Below, piece by piece: positions 49,305-62,329 of a DNA stretch of 64,000 nucleotides; positions within the stretch are counted from its first letter, which is position 1, and the number at the start of each line of letters is the position of its first letter. The notes beneath the pieces were generated by a model. That model did not search any database. It saw only the letters and a program-made list of their open reading frames with translations, and was not told the DNA's origin. The position numbers were made by a program, and so were the translations under genes. Source of the DNA: Amoebophrya sp. A120 (Eukaryota > Protista > Dinoflagellata); assembly GCA_905178155.1 (NCBI GenBank), contig CAJINV010000013.1, positions 1,326,392 through 1,390,391 of the forward strand, in the 5' to 3' direction.

Positions 49305-52300
49305 ATGGCGCTGGTGGCGGTGAGCAAGCACCCTGCGGCGCACACGGAAAATTTCCGGTCCACCAATGTGCGTTTTTTGCAGGAACAGAACAAGCAGGCC
49401 TTGTCGGCCTTGCAAAAGGTTGAAGAAGAGAGAAATGAGGTATAGTACACGACTTTTTGCAACTCCTTTCAGTGGTCTTGACTGTCGGCAGTTCTCGTTG
49501 CACTGAGTTTGTTACTAGTACCATTCCTACTGACAATACAGCATCGGAGACACGACCTTTTTCGATATTTTGCACACGTCGTCTATAATAACATCAAGCA
49601 GACCACCGAGCTACTACAAGTTGACCGAAATAATAAATTTTTTTATTTCACCTTTCTCAGGCTTTCGCGGTCATTAAGGAATGGGAGGCCAAGCAGTCGA
49701 AGCTCGAGGGCGAATATGACGACCTGCAGTATCAGCTCGAGGACCTGGAGCAGAGTAACATCAAGTCCCGCGCGGGCCTGCAACAAAAGGATGAGCACGT
49801 GCGCGTGCTGTCGGAGCAGAACCGGCAGCTGCTCACCATGCTGGAAACGGAAGAGGCGAAGGCAAAAAGCAAACAGGAGGAAGTCGTGGTGGCCATTGAT
49901 CTCAACAAAAGTCTAAAAGAACTGCAGGTACTTTGAAAATATGATTTTTGTGATGCTGAAAGGAAAATGATTTATTCCCCGTTCGTTTTCTACACCTAGT
50001 TTTGGAAGGCAAAGTGCCAACTTCTTCAAAATGTTTGAAGTACTCGTCTGCACCATCTCCGTTTTTAATAAAGTTAATGCGTGTTATGAAGTGCATTTGG
50101 CATATACCACAATTACATGATACCACTCGACGAAAATAATTATATCAGGTGAAGTTCGAGAAGATGAAGGCGAGCGGAGATGCCCAGCTGCTGGCCGTTA
50201 CCACTGAGGTGGTGAAGCTACAGGAGGAGGCCAAGAATGCGCGCAACGAAACCGAACAGCTGCAGACGGCGGCGCGGAATTTCACCGCGCAGGCCAAGCG
50301 GGACATCGAGGAACTGGAGGAGCGGCTGCAGGAGGCCAAGAAGCAGAACGTGCTGCACCTGCAGCAGATCCAGCACAACGAGGTGAACGAGCACCGGTTG
50401 CTGGAGAAAATCAACTCCTGGAAGTTGCAGATCGAGGAACTCGGGGTGCAGAAAAAGGCCATCAAGATCCAGCTGGACGGGGACCTCATGGCCCGCGGGA
50501 GTTGGACCAAGAGCAAGATGGACATTTTGAAGCGCACCGAGATGCTGGAAGAAACCGCGGGCGAGCTGCGGGCGGCGATCGTGGCCGCGGAGCAAACCAA
50601 CAGCAACATGACGGAGGAGAATCGCAAGGGGGCGGAAAACTTCCGGGAGATGGGGGACAAGGTGTACTCGCTCATGGACCAGCTGCGCATGAACCAGGTA
50701 AACTTGAAAAAAGAGGAATCCACGGCGAAGGACCGGGAAAAGAAGATCGTGCAGCTGGAGAAACAGTATTTATTAGTTGGGGCTACTAAAGGCGATATTT
50801 TTTGTTCTCCTACTATGAGCTGTAGAAGTTGATGTTGTAGTGCGGTCGTTTCTTGATACGTCGGCGATGATCGGAAAGATGAGTAAAACTTTTGTACAAG
50901 AGCATCAAATACTTCTTTTTACGCATGCAGTTCCCGTTCCGTACGTGATCATGCGGAACATCAAGCGAAGCGAATGAATTTTCCAAACAGGTACCAGCTG
51001 CTGCAGCAAAAGCTTTCGCTGGAGGTGGAGGCCAAGCAGCAAGCCGAGCAGGAGTCCCGGTCTTCGGCGCAGATGCAGGCACTGCTAGGGAAAAAGAACA
51101 AGAAGCTCGAGGAAGGTTTGCAGCTGGCGCTGCGCGGGCAGGAAAAGGCGGAAAAGAAGCAACAGGAACTGGCGGACAAGGGGAACGCGCTGCAGACGCA
51201 GAACGCTTACTTGGCGGCCCGCGTCGACGGGCAGGAGGAGGATAAGATGGCTCTGAAGGCGGAAATACGGAAGCAGGCCGAGGACGGGAAGCAGTGCCAG
51301 CTCACCTACCAGTCGTTGCAAACCCAAAAAACTGAAAAAGAGGACGAGCACAACGCGCTAGAGGCGGAAAAAGCAGCGATAACAGCGGAGTTGGACTACA
51401 TACGAAGAGAGGACATGTTGGACGAAACAGGGAGAACAAAGGTGAGTACTTAGTTTTATAGTCTATAGACAGATAAGGACTTGACTCAAAAGCTGTAGAG
51501 GAGAGTTGCGAAACCCTTAAACAGGGTCTAAAGTTGCGGCTCAACCTGCAGCAAACCTGGAGCAAACCCCTAGGGCTTTTAGAAGTGGCGCAGTTTTCTA
51601 CTCGCGAATGCGCACGCTATTCGACCCAAAAGATGGAGGTCGACCCGTAGGGAACAAGCAAAAATCGCGAAAAGTGCGACATTTTGGAAGCGCTGAACCT
51701 GCATGCTATTACGACAAAACCTGGAGCTTTTCTGGGGCTCGAGCTCTAGAGCTTTTCATGTATTTGCGCTCTTATTTTTCGAAAGCGCGTGCTGCTGTGG
51801 AAATATTTGTATTTCCGACAAATTCTACGACTTGAGCTGTAGGGGTTCAGCGCGATGAGCGACAAAGAAACCCCTGGGCGCTGCAAAAATAGCCCGAGCC
51901 CTACACGCAGCGACAACCCCCGCGCTCAGAAGAGAGCCCCTTGTCGCCTTCAATATGCAAGTGCCCCTCGCCCAGTGTTGTGCGCCCTGCTGCTGGTGGC
52001 GGCAGCCCTTGCCCCTGCGTGCGGGCGCCTGCCACGTCGCCCTGGCAGCATTTCTCGCTCTTTGCGTTAGGTCCTGCCCCTCGCAGTAACTCTTGTCCCT
52101 CGCAGTAGCTCTTGCCCCTCGCAGTAAGTCTTGCCCCTGCGCATACGCCTTGCCCCTGATAGGACTTCTTGCCCTTTGTAATACTAGCACCCCTTGCCCC
52201 TCGCAGAACATCTCGCCCCTGCAGGCACATCTTGCCCCTGATAGGATGTCTTGTCCCTTGTAGTACTAGTGCCCCTTGCCCCTCGAAGTACATCTCGCCC

Positions 52301-54299
52301 CTGCAGGCGCATTTTGCCCCTGATAGGACTTCTTGTCCCTTGTAGTACTAGTGCCCCTCGCCCCTCACAGTACATCTCGCCCCTGCAGGCACATCTATCT
52401 TGCCCCTGCAGGCACATCTATAGTTGGACTACATACGAAGAGAGGACATGCTGGACGAAACAGGGAGAACAAAGGTGAGTATTTATTTTACACTGAAGCT
52501 GGTTGAACTTGTTTTCCTTCATGATATGAACGAATGAAATGCGCGTCGATTCTTTTCATTTTTCATGGTGTTGTTTTATCAGCATGGTCATAAGAATTTA
52601 GATTGGTTTTACTTTCCCTATCAAAACAGCCTGTGCTCATCGAGTCCAACGACAGCAAGCTGGTGGAGCGATTGCAAATAAACGAGTTCCTATACTCCGC
52701 GCAGCAGGCCAGAAACCCAGTGCCCATGATCATCGAAAAGGTACTCCTGGTCGCGGCTATTCTGATGTGTTTTTGCGAATGGTGACGGTCAATAAAAAGA
52801 AAAAATCAACATCTTCTTGATGTGGTAAATCAATAGACAAGAAGATACATAGTATATCCCATCAGGAATGTTGATTAGATGACTACAATCAACCAAGGTT
52901 TCGCACGTTCTTGAGCTGCTCCACACGGCGCAAACCCAGTCAGACCAATACCTGCTCGACCTGCAGAAATCGAACTCCTTGCTGCAAGCGCTGCGACAGA
53001 AGAACCTCACTTTGTATGAAAAGTCGCAGGCGTGCGAGAGCTGGAAGCTGCGTGCGCTGATGAAGATTGTGGCCAACGCGTTCCAGTCGCGTGAAAGCTA
53101 CAGTGGCATGCACACCTCGGACACCTGCAATCTGTTTCTGGACGGGCTGCAGTACACGACGAAGGAGCTCGAGCAGCTGAAGGAGCTGGTGATTTCCTAC
53201 GACAGGCAGGACAAAGTGCACCAGCTGCACCTGCAGGACAACGGTTTGACCGACGACGCGTTGGGCATACTCCAGGACTTGCTCTCCACCATGCCCTACC
53301 TAAAAATTCTGGACGTGAGGAAAAACAAGTTGACCGACATCGGACTGCAGTCCTTAAGGGTGTGGCTCTCGAACCAACCAGGTACTTAACAAGCAAGCAG
53401 AATTTAAGTAAGTAAGTACTTAAGGATTGATTACAAAATTATGTAAGGAAATCATACATTAAGTGGGCTGCACTAGGAGCAGTAGCTTGTTTTTTATGTT
53501 CGCACCATCTGCTTCTGTACGAACCAGACTTTTGCCTGCATCTGCAAATGTAGTGCCACATCGATCTCCTTACTATCACTAATATTGCACGTTCTGGAAC
53601 TAAACTTCTACTCCCAGGTATAACCGATGTGACCCGCGACTTGCAAGAAATTCGGGCGCGCAGTGGGAACCAGATTCGGTTACGCGTCCTTGTGGAGGAG
53701 CAGGGCGAGCTACGAGAGTGCACAACTCCACGTGCTCTCACGGATTTTTCATGCAAAATGTCCGAAAATCCTTTCATGGCAGCTTTTTGGCCATAGTTGA
53801 AGTTGTATGACAAGTTGATGTTCTGGAAGCCCAAACTTCTCTACAATCTCTACGTCGATCATTTGTCATGTAAAGGATCCACGATGTTGCTCTCGGTGCA
53901 GGTTATTTCTGTTGCTCTGCGTTGCAAATGAAGGTGAGCGAAAGTTGTGCACTCTCATACGAGCAGCATCACGAGCCGTTGCCGGTTTCCTTTTCTTCGT
54001 CCAACCAGAGGACCGATATGGCGTCTGTGCAGGCCGACGATTTTCTGGCCAGCGCCGCCGGTGTCACCGCGGAGAAGGGACCGTTGTCCAGCTACATCGA
54101 CGTGCAACATGCGAACCCGGCGGCCGGGGCGGCGAACGGCGGGGCCGCGGCCGGCGGCGAGAGTCTAGACCCGCAGTACGGCGGGGTGCCAGTCGGTTTG
54201 GGTGGGGCGGGTGACACGATGGGCCGTTTGGGGGAAAAAACCGGACTGCCGGCTGTGAAGGCAAAGGCCGGGGCCGGACCCAAGGCAGGCAGGCGGTGA
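49305..54299 (+). CDS. Multi-exon coiled-coil protein with C-terminal leucine-rich repeats
   Basis: E/K/Q/L-rich heptad exons (MALVAVSK…, VKFEKMK…, YQLLQQK…) and LRR motifs LHLQDNGLTDD and LKILDVRKNKLTD. Mostly GT-AG introns plus one TIR intron. Confidence 0.75.
51389..52481 (+). repeat. 60-nt duplicated exon end plus donor (51389-51448 and 52422-52481) flanking a ~970-nt insert
   Basis: AGTTGGACTACATACGAAGAGAGGACATG(T/C)TGGACGAAACAGGGAGAACAAAGGTGAGTA occurs twice with one mismatch. Confidence 0.88.
52070..52420. repeat. Intronic minisatellite built on CTTGCCCCT units with an ~82-nt higher-order repeat
   Basis: TTGCCCCTGATAGGA recurs at ~52150, 52232 and 52314. Confidence 0.85.
53711..53959. 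mobile_element. TIR introner, family D (249 nt), TSD CGAGC
   Basis: TACGAGAGTGCACAACT / AGTTGTGCACTCTCATA. Perfect TSD, frame restored (EQGE-QHHEP). Confidence 0.9.
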
Positions 54300-55691
54300 G
54301 TAGTGGAGGAAATGTTGAGATCTGTCCTGCCTTTTTGAATTCGGAAATCCGACGGTATCATAGAAAAAGAGTTCGATGGGTGGTTTGATTTCACCCACCG
54401 GATGATTTTTACTGTATCTCGTCAACCGAAGGACTTACGAATTAATTAGCCAAAGATGACACGTTATTTTTCAGATTGATGACGCAAGCGTAACGAGAAG
54501 AACAAGGCATTACGTTGTACTGAAAAGACAATGCGCTTGTTCTGTCTCAGATGACACGTTATTTTAGTTTCTCAGATTGATTGACATGGAGAAGGGTTGT
54601 TAGTTTACTACCCGGCTCACGAAGCAGCAGCTGTTAGCTGGCTTTGACGCTGCAGCAGGGCTCAGCAAATCTAACGACGGTAGTACAGCCAAATGCTATT
54701 GCTAACTAATATGCAGAATTGACGGAAAAAAGACTATCCTACGTCCCATACGCAAAATGATGTTTACAGTACGAAGCTGATCAAAATGAACGCAGAAATA
54801 ATTGCTAGTGCTAGGTCAGACCTGGCGCTCTTGCAACGTGGCTACTGGCCTAGGACGTCCACGCACCCCATGAGCTTTGCAAGCCGCCACGTCAGGACTG
54901 TGACCGCGACACTGAATTGAAAAATGTGCTTTTTTCTGCAATGGATGATGTAGTTGTGCAAAAGATGAAAATGCGTTTCTCCTGAACATGCTGTATCAAG
55001 TTTGAAAGTCAAATTTTCAGAATGCGTTTCTGAAAAAAAATAGTTTTGTATCAAAAAGACGCGTATACCGATAGCCTTTGTCGTTTTCGGACAAGGTGGA
55101 CCACAGCTTGTATGTGTTTCCTAGAACAAGTAAGTACAAGATTGTGTTTCTTTTCACTCGGATGAAAATCGATGCAATGTGAATTTTTGATGCAGGACTA
55201 GCAGCGGTCTCCGTTCTGCCACTCCTGCTTCGCACATTTGTTTTGAGAGGATCCGAAGCTTGAGCAAAGTCGATGCACCACCCGCCGGATCTCCTTTCGA
55301 CACGAAAAATGCAGCGCGCAATCAGCACCAAGCAGATCTTTTGATGGCAGCAGGAAGCAACTTGATGAATATCGATCATTTCATCTAGATCCGCCATAAT
55401 ATTTTGGTTGACCGTATTACTTAAACAAGGGCCATGGCAGCTGCATGACCTCAAATGTTCTGCAGAATCCAGGATCATCAAAATCCACAGATACTGATAT
55501 ATCCCCCTATCAACGCTTCGGTTGTTCTATGTTTTTTGACAGGCACTTCTTCCGCCCCACAGCATGATAGGACGTCGCAGATATTTTTGTACAAAGCGTT
55601 GATATAATGCCGCTTATCGATATGACGTTTCTCTTTCCAAGAAGAAAAGCGTAGAACCACTTGATTACAGCCACTACCACTACCTCAAATC

Positions 55692-58600
55692 ATGTCGGAC
55701 GACGAAGCTGAAGTGAAGAAGCGGGCCGCTAAGCCGAGCTCCGACGATGACGAGTCGTCTTCCGACGACCTGGGCCCCATGCCGGCCCCGGAGAAGCCGG
55801 GAAAGGAGGAGAAGAAGAAGAAGAGAAAAATCATGAAAAACGAGAAGCTGTACCAGGAAAACTTGCCAAAGTCGCAGATGTACGAGAAGTCTTTTATGCA
55901 CCGGGAACCCGTGCGGGTGATCTGCACCTCGACGGATTGTGACTTCGTCGTGACCGGCAGTGAGAAGGACGGCATCGTGAAATTCTGGAAAAAACAGCAC
56001 CAGGGGATCGAATTTGTCAAGCTGTACCGGGCGCACGCGCTATCCTTGCTGCACATGACTTTGTCCGCCAGTGACGGGCGAAATTTGGCCACGGTCGGTG
56101 TGGACTGCCAATTTGACGCAAAAGGTATTTTTTTTACTACGAGAGTTTATGCGTATCAATCAATCTTGTGATCCGGGGTCGTGTTTAATATTCCGAACAT
56201 GTTTGAAAATGGATTCTACAACTTCTGCCCAGGCAGGTCCTTACAAGCTTTTTTTCCACGTAAACGCATTGATGCCGATGCGTACTTCTCTATAAACTAT
56301 TATGTTTGTATAGCATGAACACCAAGAAACTGCACGAAACTCATCTCCAGGTAAGCCCATCGCGTCCTCGCGTACCTGCGCTCTGAAATATTTTGACGTG
56401 GCCAATTTCGATCTGTCTCAAATGATCAAGTTGGACTTCGTCCCGCTGGTCTGCTGCTTCGTCAGCCGGAAGGAAAAAGCGGACGTGAGAATCGCCGTCA
56501 CGGATCAGAACTCCGGCGCCATCCGGATCTTCAGTCAGTCGCAGTATTACAGTGAAAAATGCCCCCTCCCCATATCAAAACGGAAATCTGTGATGCAGAT
56601 TTGTGGTCACAAATCAGCTTTGTGATGCTAGAAGGCAAAAGATGCGGACTGTAGTGCTGTCTAGCGTGGGAAAGCCTTGCAGCTCCAGGATGACAAAAGG
56701 CAACTGGAAGTGGGAAACAGCATGACAGATTAACTGCGATTTAGGCCGCAGCTTCGTTTCTTGGCCTTCTAGCAATACAAGTTGATTTGTGTACTCAAAT
56801 ACAGCATCACAAGTTCGCGCATCTTTCGTTTCCGATATGGGGTGGGGGCTTTTTTCACTTTGATACGCAGTCCCAAGTGAGCCAGAAACCTATTCTCGAG
56901 TTATTGTGAGGAAAAATCCCCCCTCCCCATACCAAAACGGGATACTTCTCAAAATTTGTGATGCTGATTTGAGGTCACAAATCGTCTCTGCATTGCAAGA
57001 AGACAAATAAAAAACCCCGCCGCGTTCTGCAGGCAATTTGTAATGCTGTCTGGCCTACAGAGAACGCCCCTACCTTGCTAAGCGCCTACACCAAAACATC
57101 CCTAGTCCGGCTTTGTATCTGTCTGCAGTCCTCTACGGCAAGACAAAGCCGATTTGTGTACACAAATCCCGCATCACAGATTTCCATTTCGATATGGGGT
57201 GGGGGGATTTTTCCTTTTGATACGAGTTCACGCAGCGGCACCAGCACCCGATCTCCATCCTGGAGTACCACCCCGCGCTGGACATGTTATCAAATGTAAA
57301 AATGTCTGGGTCTGGAAGATTGGAACTTCAACTTGTCATGCTAAATCTGCAGCATGCAAAAATCTGTGTTGCATGATTGCCAAAAGTCGTCCAGTTTTGA
57401 CCAAGTCGGGAGGGAGTTTCTCATGCAGGAGAGGCATGAGAAAGGTCCCGCAGAGTCTGTCATGCTAGGTCTTGCATTCCAGACCTCATGGGTCATGGAA
57501 AAGCAGCATGACAAATCGCGCATTCTTCCAGACCCAGACACTTTTACATTTGATACATGTGCCTGTCGCACGATAAAAAGGGGTTTCTGGAACTCTGGGA
57601 TCCCGAGACCGGGAACTGGCCGAGTAGCGGGACCAGCCAGCAAACGGGGGAGAAGCGGTTAGACCGATTTGACATGAACAAACCCGTGAAATTCAACCGT
57701 CAGCTGCTCAAGTTCAAGTCAAAGACGGACGGCACGGATCTGTACGAGCTGAACAAAAAGCAGACCTCCGCGGTATCGCTCAAATTCAGCCCGAACGGCG
57801 AGTACTTCGCCATGCTCTGCTTGGATGAACGGGTCCGGATCTTTCGCACAAGAACCGGAAAGAAGTTTCTCGAACTCGACGAGGCCGTGGACCAGTTGAC
57901 GATAGCGCAGAACGACCCAGCGCAGCGCATTTTGCACCTGGACCACTTTGACTTCGGGAAACGGGTGGCGGTCGAGCGAGAACTGAAAAAGTCGCCCTGC
58001 TACCAGTGGCAGTCGCTTTCCTTCGACGAAAGCTCAAATTATTTACTCTACCCGACCCTGTGCGGCGTGAAAATCTTCAACCTGACATTGCGGAAACTGG
58101 AGAATTTGCTCGGAAAAGTGGAGTCAACAGAAAGGTTTTTGCAGTGCGCGTTATTTCAGGGGAAAGGACAGAAGCGGATGGTCGGGGCGAGTGAGGCACT
58201 CGCTGGGAATGCGTATTTGTTGATATAAGATTTTTGCTTTTCTGCTTCTGCATGTTCAAATAGTATATGTTTGAGTTGTGGGTCAACATCCATTTCAATC
58301 CTGATTTGTGTTTGTTCAGTTGGTCCGGATTTGTGTGAGCCTGACGATGCGTGCTGCAGAACGTTTCTGCAGAGTAGCTGTTCGGCGCGAGCAATACAGG
58401 TGCACGACGTGCTGGTGCAGCACTCGTGTCGAGGGCAGAGCAGGCGAAGTGCAATATAATTTTTAGCTGAAAAGAATAAACTGTCAAACACTACAGCCCC
58501 GGCCAGCAGCTTGAAACCGACCCTACTCTTTTCGCGACGTCGTTTCGCAAGAACCGGTTTTTTCTCTTCACGAAGCGCGACCCCGAGGACGATTTGGGGG

Positions 58601-59160
58601 AGGACGAAGTGGGGCGCGACGTCTTCAACGAGCTCCCCTCCAAGGAGGAGCAGGCCCTCGCGGTCTCGGCCGCGGACACGGTGCGGCTGGGCCGCGAAGC
58701 CATCATATCCACTTCGTTCGGCGACATCGTCATCTCGCTTTTCTTCAACGAGTGCCCGAAGACGGTGGAAAACTTCTGCACGCACGCGAAGAACGGGTAC
58801 TACAATAATCTCCGGTTCCACCGTGTGATCAAGGGCTTCATGATCCAAACCGGCGACCCGCAAGGCGACGGCACCGGTGGGGAATCCATCTGGGGCGGCC
58901 ACTTCGCCGACGAAATTCGGTCGAATCTGCGGCACGACAGGCCGTTCACGGTGTCCATGGCCAACGCCGGACCAAACACCAACGGCTCGCAGTTCTTCAT
59001 CACCACGGTAAATTGCCCGCACTTGGACCGCCTGCATACCGTGTTCGGCCGGGTGGTAAAGGGGGAAGAGGTGGTCTCCCGGATCGAGCGGGTAGCGACG
59101 CGAGTGGACGATAGACCTGTGCAAGATGTGCAAATGATGTCCATACAAGTCACCGGATGA
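55692..59160 (+). CDS. PPWD1: Peptidyl-prolyl isomerase with WD40 repeats (PPWD1/CYP71 orthologue), 6 exons
   Basis: [55 protein letters not shown], and a cyclophilin domain with [27 protein letters not shown] and [17 protein letters not shown]. Four TIR-type introns and one GT-AG intron (58213-58496). Confidence 0.93.
56109..56374. mobile_element. Old non-canonical intron of probable introner origin (266 nt), TSD ACTGC/CCTGC
   Basis: Removal plus 5 nt gives [17 protein letters not shown], matching the PPWD1 pattern. The TIR is barely recognisable. Confidence 0.55.
56545..56865. mobile_element. TIR introner, family B variant (321 nt), TSD CGCAG
   Basis: TATTACAGTGAAAAATGCCCCCTCCCCATATC / GATATGGGGTGGGGGCTTTTTTCACTTTGATA. 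Perfect TSD. Confidence 0.92.
56902..57222. mobile_element. TIR introner, family B (321 nt), TSD CGAGT
   Basis: TATTGTGAGGAAAAATCCCCCCTCCCCATA / TATGGGGTGGGGGGATTTTTCCTTTTGATA. Perfect TSD. Confidence 0.93.
57288..57555. mobile_element. TIR introner, family A (268 nt), TSD CATGT
   Basis: TATCAAATGTAAAAATGTCTGGGTCTGGAAGA / TCTTCCAGACCCAGACACTTTTACATTTGATA. Perfect TSD. Confidence 0.94.
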
Positions 59161-60261
59161 GGATAATGCTTTCAGAGGACCACGCAGATCCGCCATGGTA
59201 AAGATGAAAAACTAGCGACACTTAAAAATCGATGGTATCAGACATATATGAATCACTGAATCTCTATCTCAGTCTGCTATATATACAAGACGAGGTCGAG
59301 CCGTCAAATTCGCCCCCACTCAGAAGATGCCAGTGTTGTGGAAGATTTGGGCAAGACTGTTGAGTTTGCTGATCGCCAATGACTAGACGAAATTCTCGTC
59401 GTCCTCGTCTTCGCCCCATCAAAATCGTGATCGTAGGGCCTGGCTCACCAGGCACGATAGAGAGACAGAGAGAGAGAGAGAAGCAGACGCACTCGTGATT
59501 TTAAGTACTTGGAAAAATGCTAGATGGAACCATCCCACGCTGTTGTTGTGAGTGTGCGAGTGTAGAGTAATCGTCACTGAGTACTAGTAGATGGAGTTGC
59601 ACGAGTGCTCGTCGTAGCGTGTTGAGCTGTCTCTTGAATAGCAACTCTTGCGCGCGCTGCTGGATTCTCGTCACTGTCGGGAATACGTGGAGAAGCATCA
59701 GCCGTCGTTTTTGGCCTTTGCGAATTATATCGTCAGATGACCGTAGAAGTATACTCGATGTTTCACGTGAGCAGGAACTCCAACTTGTGCATAGGAATTC
59801 GTTGCTTGGTGAATTATTGATGAGGAATTTTTCCGAAAAATAGGACGTAGCGTTAGAAGCACGTCATTGGTTCCCCCCATGCAGAATTCAAATGAAATTG
59901 ACCGCTCTCCGAACTACGACTGAGATGTGCTTTGATGAATTGTAAAAATGCGACGTAAAACAAAAACTCTACTGATGCCTCCGCGTAGTTCTGTTTCTGT
60001 TTGCGCGCACGCTTCAGCGCAGACTGTGCTGGAGAGCGTGCTCGAGCTACAAGCGCAAGCCGTGGTCGAAATTGTCAATGCGTGCTGCAACGAGAACTGG
60101 AAACTGCAAATTGTTCCACTGCTGCGACTCTTGGAATGAGGAAGAAAGGGAAAATGCGGAGGTCGTTCAGCGGCACTGATTTTTGCCGCGATTTCTTGTA
60201 AGACTAAGAACAAAAGTAGAGCGCAGCGTCACTGATTCCGTCTCCGTCGCCCGACAGAATC

Positions 60262-62329
60262 ATGCACAACAGCACGCGCAACCGGGCCGGGCCGGCCGAC
60301 CAGGCGGTGATGGGTTCTACCGCGGTCTCGTTCGAGCTGGGGAACGATGACGGGATCATCACGATGGAAGCCCTGGAAAACCGTCTGGGGCAGATCGAGA
60401 ATGAGGAGGAGCACATGACCAACTTCAAAAAGATCGTGTCCGCACAAAAGGAGACGTTGGACGAACTGCAGGCAAGTCTGGAGTACGACCGGACGCATAA
60501 GCGGACGCGGGGGGACTTGCGGAAGGAGTTGCTGAAAAGCTATGGGCAAGAGAATCTGGAGGAGAACATGGTGCCGCAGATCATTGACGGTATTGATGTA
60601 TGTGAAGATGTTTCTGGTCGTTGTGTTTGCGGTTCAGCTTTATTTTTGCGTATTGCTTGCATGGTTTCTTTTCGATGAAGATGTCGGGCTGCAGGTCGTT
60701 TGACGTCACACTTCACAGACAGAATAGACTAGAAGTCGGAAACCAAATATGAAATAACCGTCTAGATCCCGACGATCCACTGTGGAAGCCGAAAGCGTCA
60801 AAATGGCAGAAGGAGAATCTACTCCAGGAGCTCCGGGCGCGGAAAAAACAGGACCCGAGTCAGTTTGATTCGCAGGGAAGAGCGAGGTTTTTGGCTGTGC
60901 TGAATTCTGCCAAGGAGGAAATGATGGAGAAGGCTCCGGGTAATGCAGTGGACGCTTGCGTTTTTGTTTGTCAGTTTGTTTCAGCACAGAAATAATTTTT
61001 GTTTTTGGCTGTGCTAGCTTCTTGGTCCTCTTCGTGGTTCGCACAAAGCAAAAATGTTATCGCCTGCTACCATATCAGCATCACAATCGCTGTTTTGCAC
61101 TCATCAGGGTCTCCCCAAGCGAAGCAGCAGCCGAAGGGGCAGGCGACGGTTCGCGAGCTGCTGACCCAGTCGCGGAAGCAGCAGACCTCCGAGACGTACG
61201 CCGATGTAATGGCGATCGCGGAGCGGGAGATGGACCCGACCCGGAAACTTGTGGATTCAGAGGGTATCAGCCTGGACCGCAAGGTGGTCATCCCCCGGGA
61301 CAGCATGCAGCGCGCGGCCCAGCTCGAGCGGTCGAAGCAGCAGGAGGCGTCCGGGTTGGACTTGGGGGCGAAGGAGCTGGACAAAGTGGCGCAGCGGGCG
61401 ATGCGCGCACCGCAGCGGCAGAAGGGAAAGCGGATGATTAAAAAAGCGCCGCCTCCGCCGCCGCCCGAGGATCCGAACAATCCGGAGGACGTGGACCCGG
61501 CGTACGGGCGTGTCGTCACGAACGTGGACGGATCGACGGTGATTATGAAGGTAAAACACGAGCGGCTCTCCGGGTTTCGACTTACGAAAATCGAGGAGCG
61601 GATCATGATCACGCGGAACCAGCTCATGCTAACCAAGTTTCTGCGTTGGATGGACAGAAGTATCTTGTTGTGTTTTAAAAAATTCACTTTCTGTTTCTGG
61701 TCTAGGAGGTACAAATTTTCTCTCATCATGAAATAATTTTGGTTAAGAAGGAGTAATATGCTTCGATGATGTATGTTGAGCAAGACACCATTTGTTCTCA
61801 CAGCCTCGTCTAGACTGAATGATCACATGTCTGTGATCAGCAGAAAGTTTATGGGCCGCTCCTTGCCGGCATCTTCCGGTGCCGCCGAGGGTTTCGATGT
61901 GCTCGGGGACTGCAGCGGTTCGGCCGATTGGGAAGATGACGCGAGAGATGAAGCCCGCATAGTCGGGGCCTTGAACCGCATTCAAAGGTCGACGAAGCTC
62001 CGGGAAGCACCGCGATGCATTGGAGTGGTACTACAGCTTTTATGGTTTTATTTGCAGGTCTGTAGTACCTCACATTTTTTTCTCGTGCAGAAAAGAGTCG
62101 GATTCATCGCTCCGGCGTCCAATTTGCATCGGAAGCAAGCCGTCCAGTCCGAAAAAAAACCTCCTCCAGGTCCCAACTTTTCTCCCCTACCACCGCGAAG
62201 AAGCTTCTTTTCTGAAAGAGGGAGGTACCGCCCGCGAGCGGGAAAGGACGGCCGCACGGATTCGCGATTTCCGCAAGTCCCGCGGGTTGGACTCCCCCAG
62301 TACCTCGGAGGACGACGGCGCGGCGTCCG
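60262..62329 (+). CDS. Multi-exon hypothetical protein, continuing beyond the window after the introner at 62330
   Basis: GC-rich ORF segments at 60262, ~60766, ~61109, ~61804 and ~62091 join through GT-AG introns. Coiled-coil-like composition, no domain recognised. Confidence 0.6.

Noticed and set aside
51825-52417. Repetitive minus-strand ORFs (QGQD/RGAR repeats)
   Set aside because: By-product of an intronic minisatellite.
58156-59196. 346-aa minus-strand ORF (and similar antisense ORFs at 26453, 21878 and 61067)
   Set aside because: These are antisense shadows of GC3-rich + strand coding exons with no independent motifs.
59459-59483. (AG)n microsatellite
   Set aside because: Short ordinary simple repeat in intergenic DNA.
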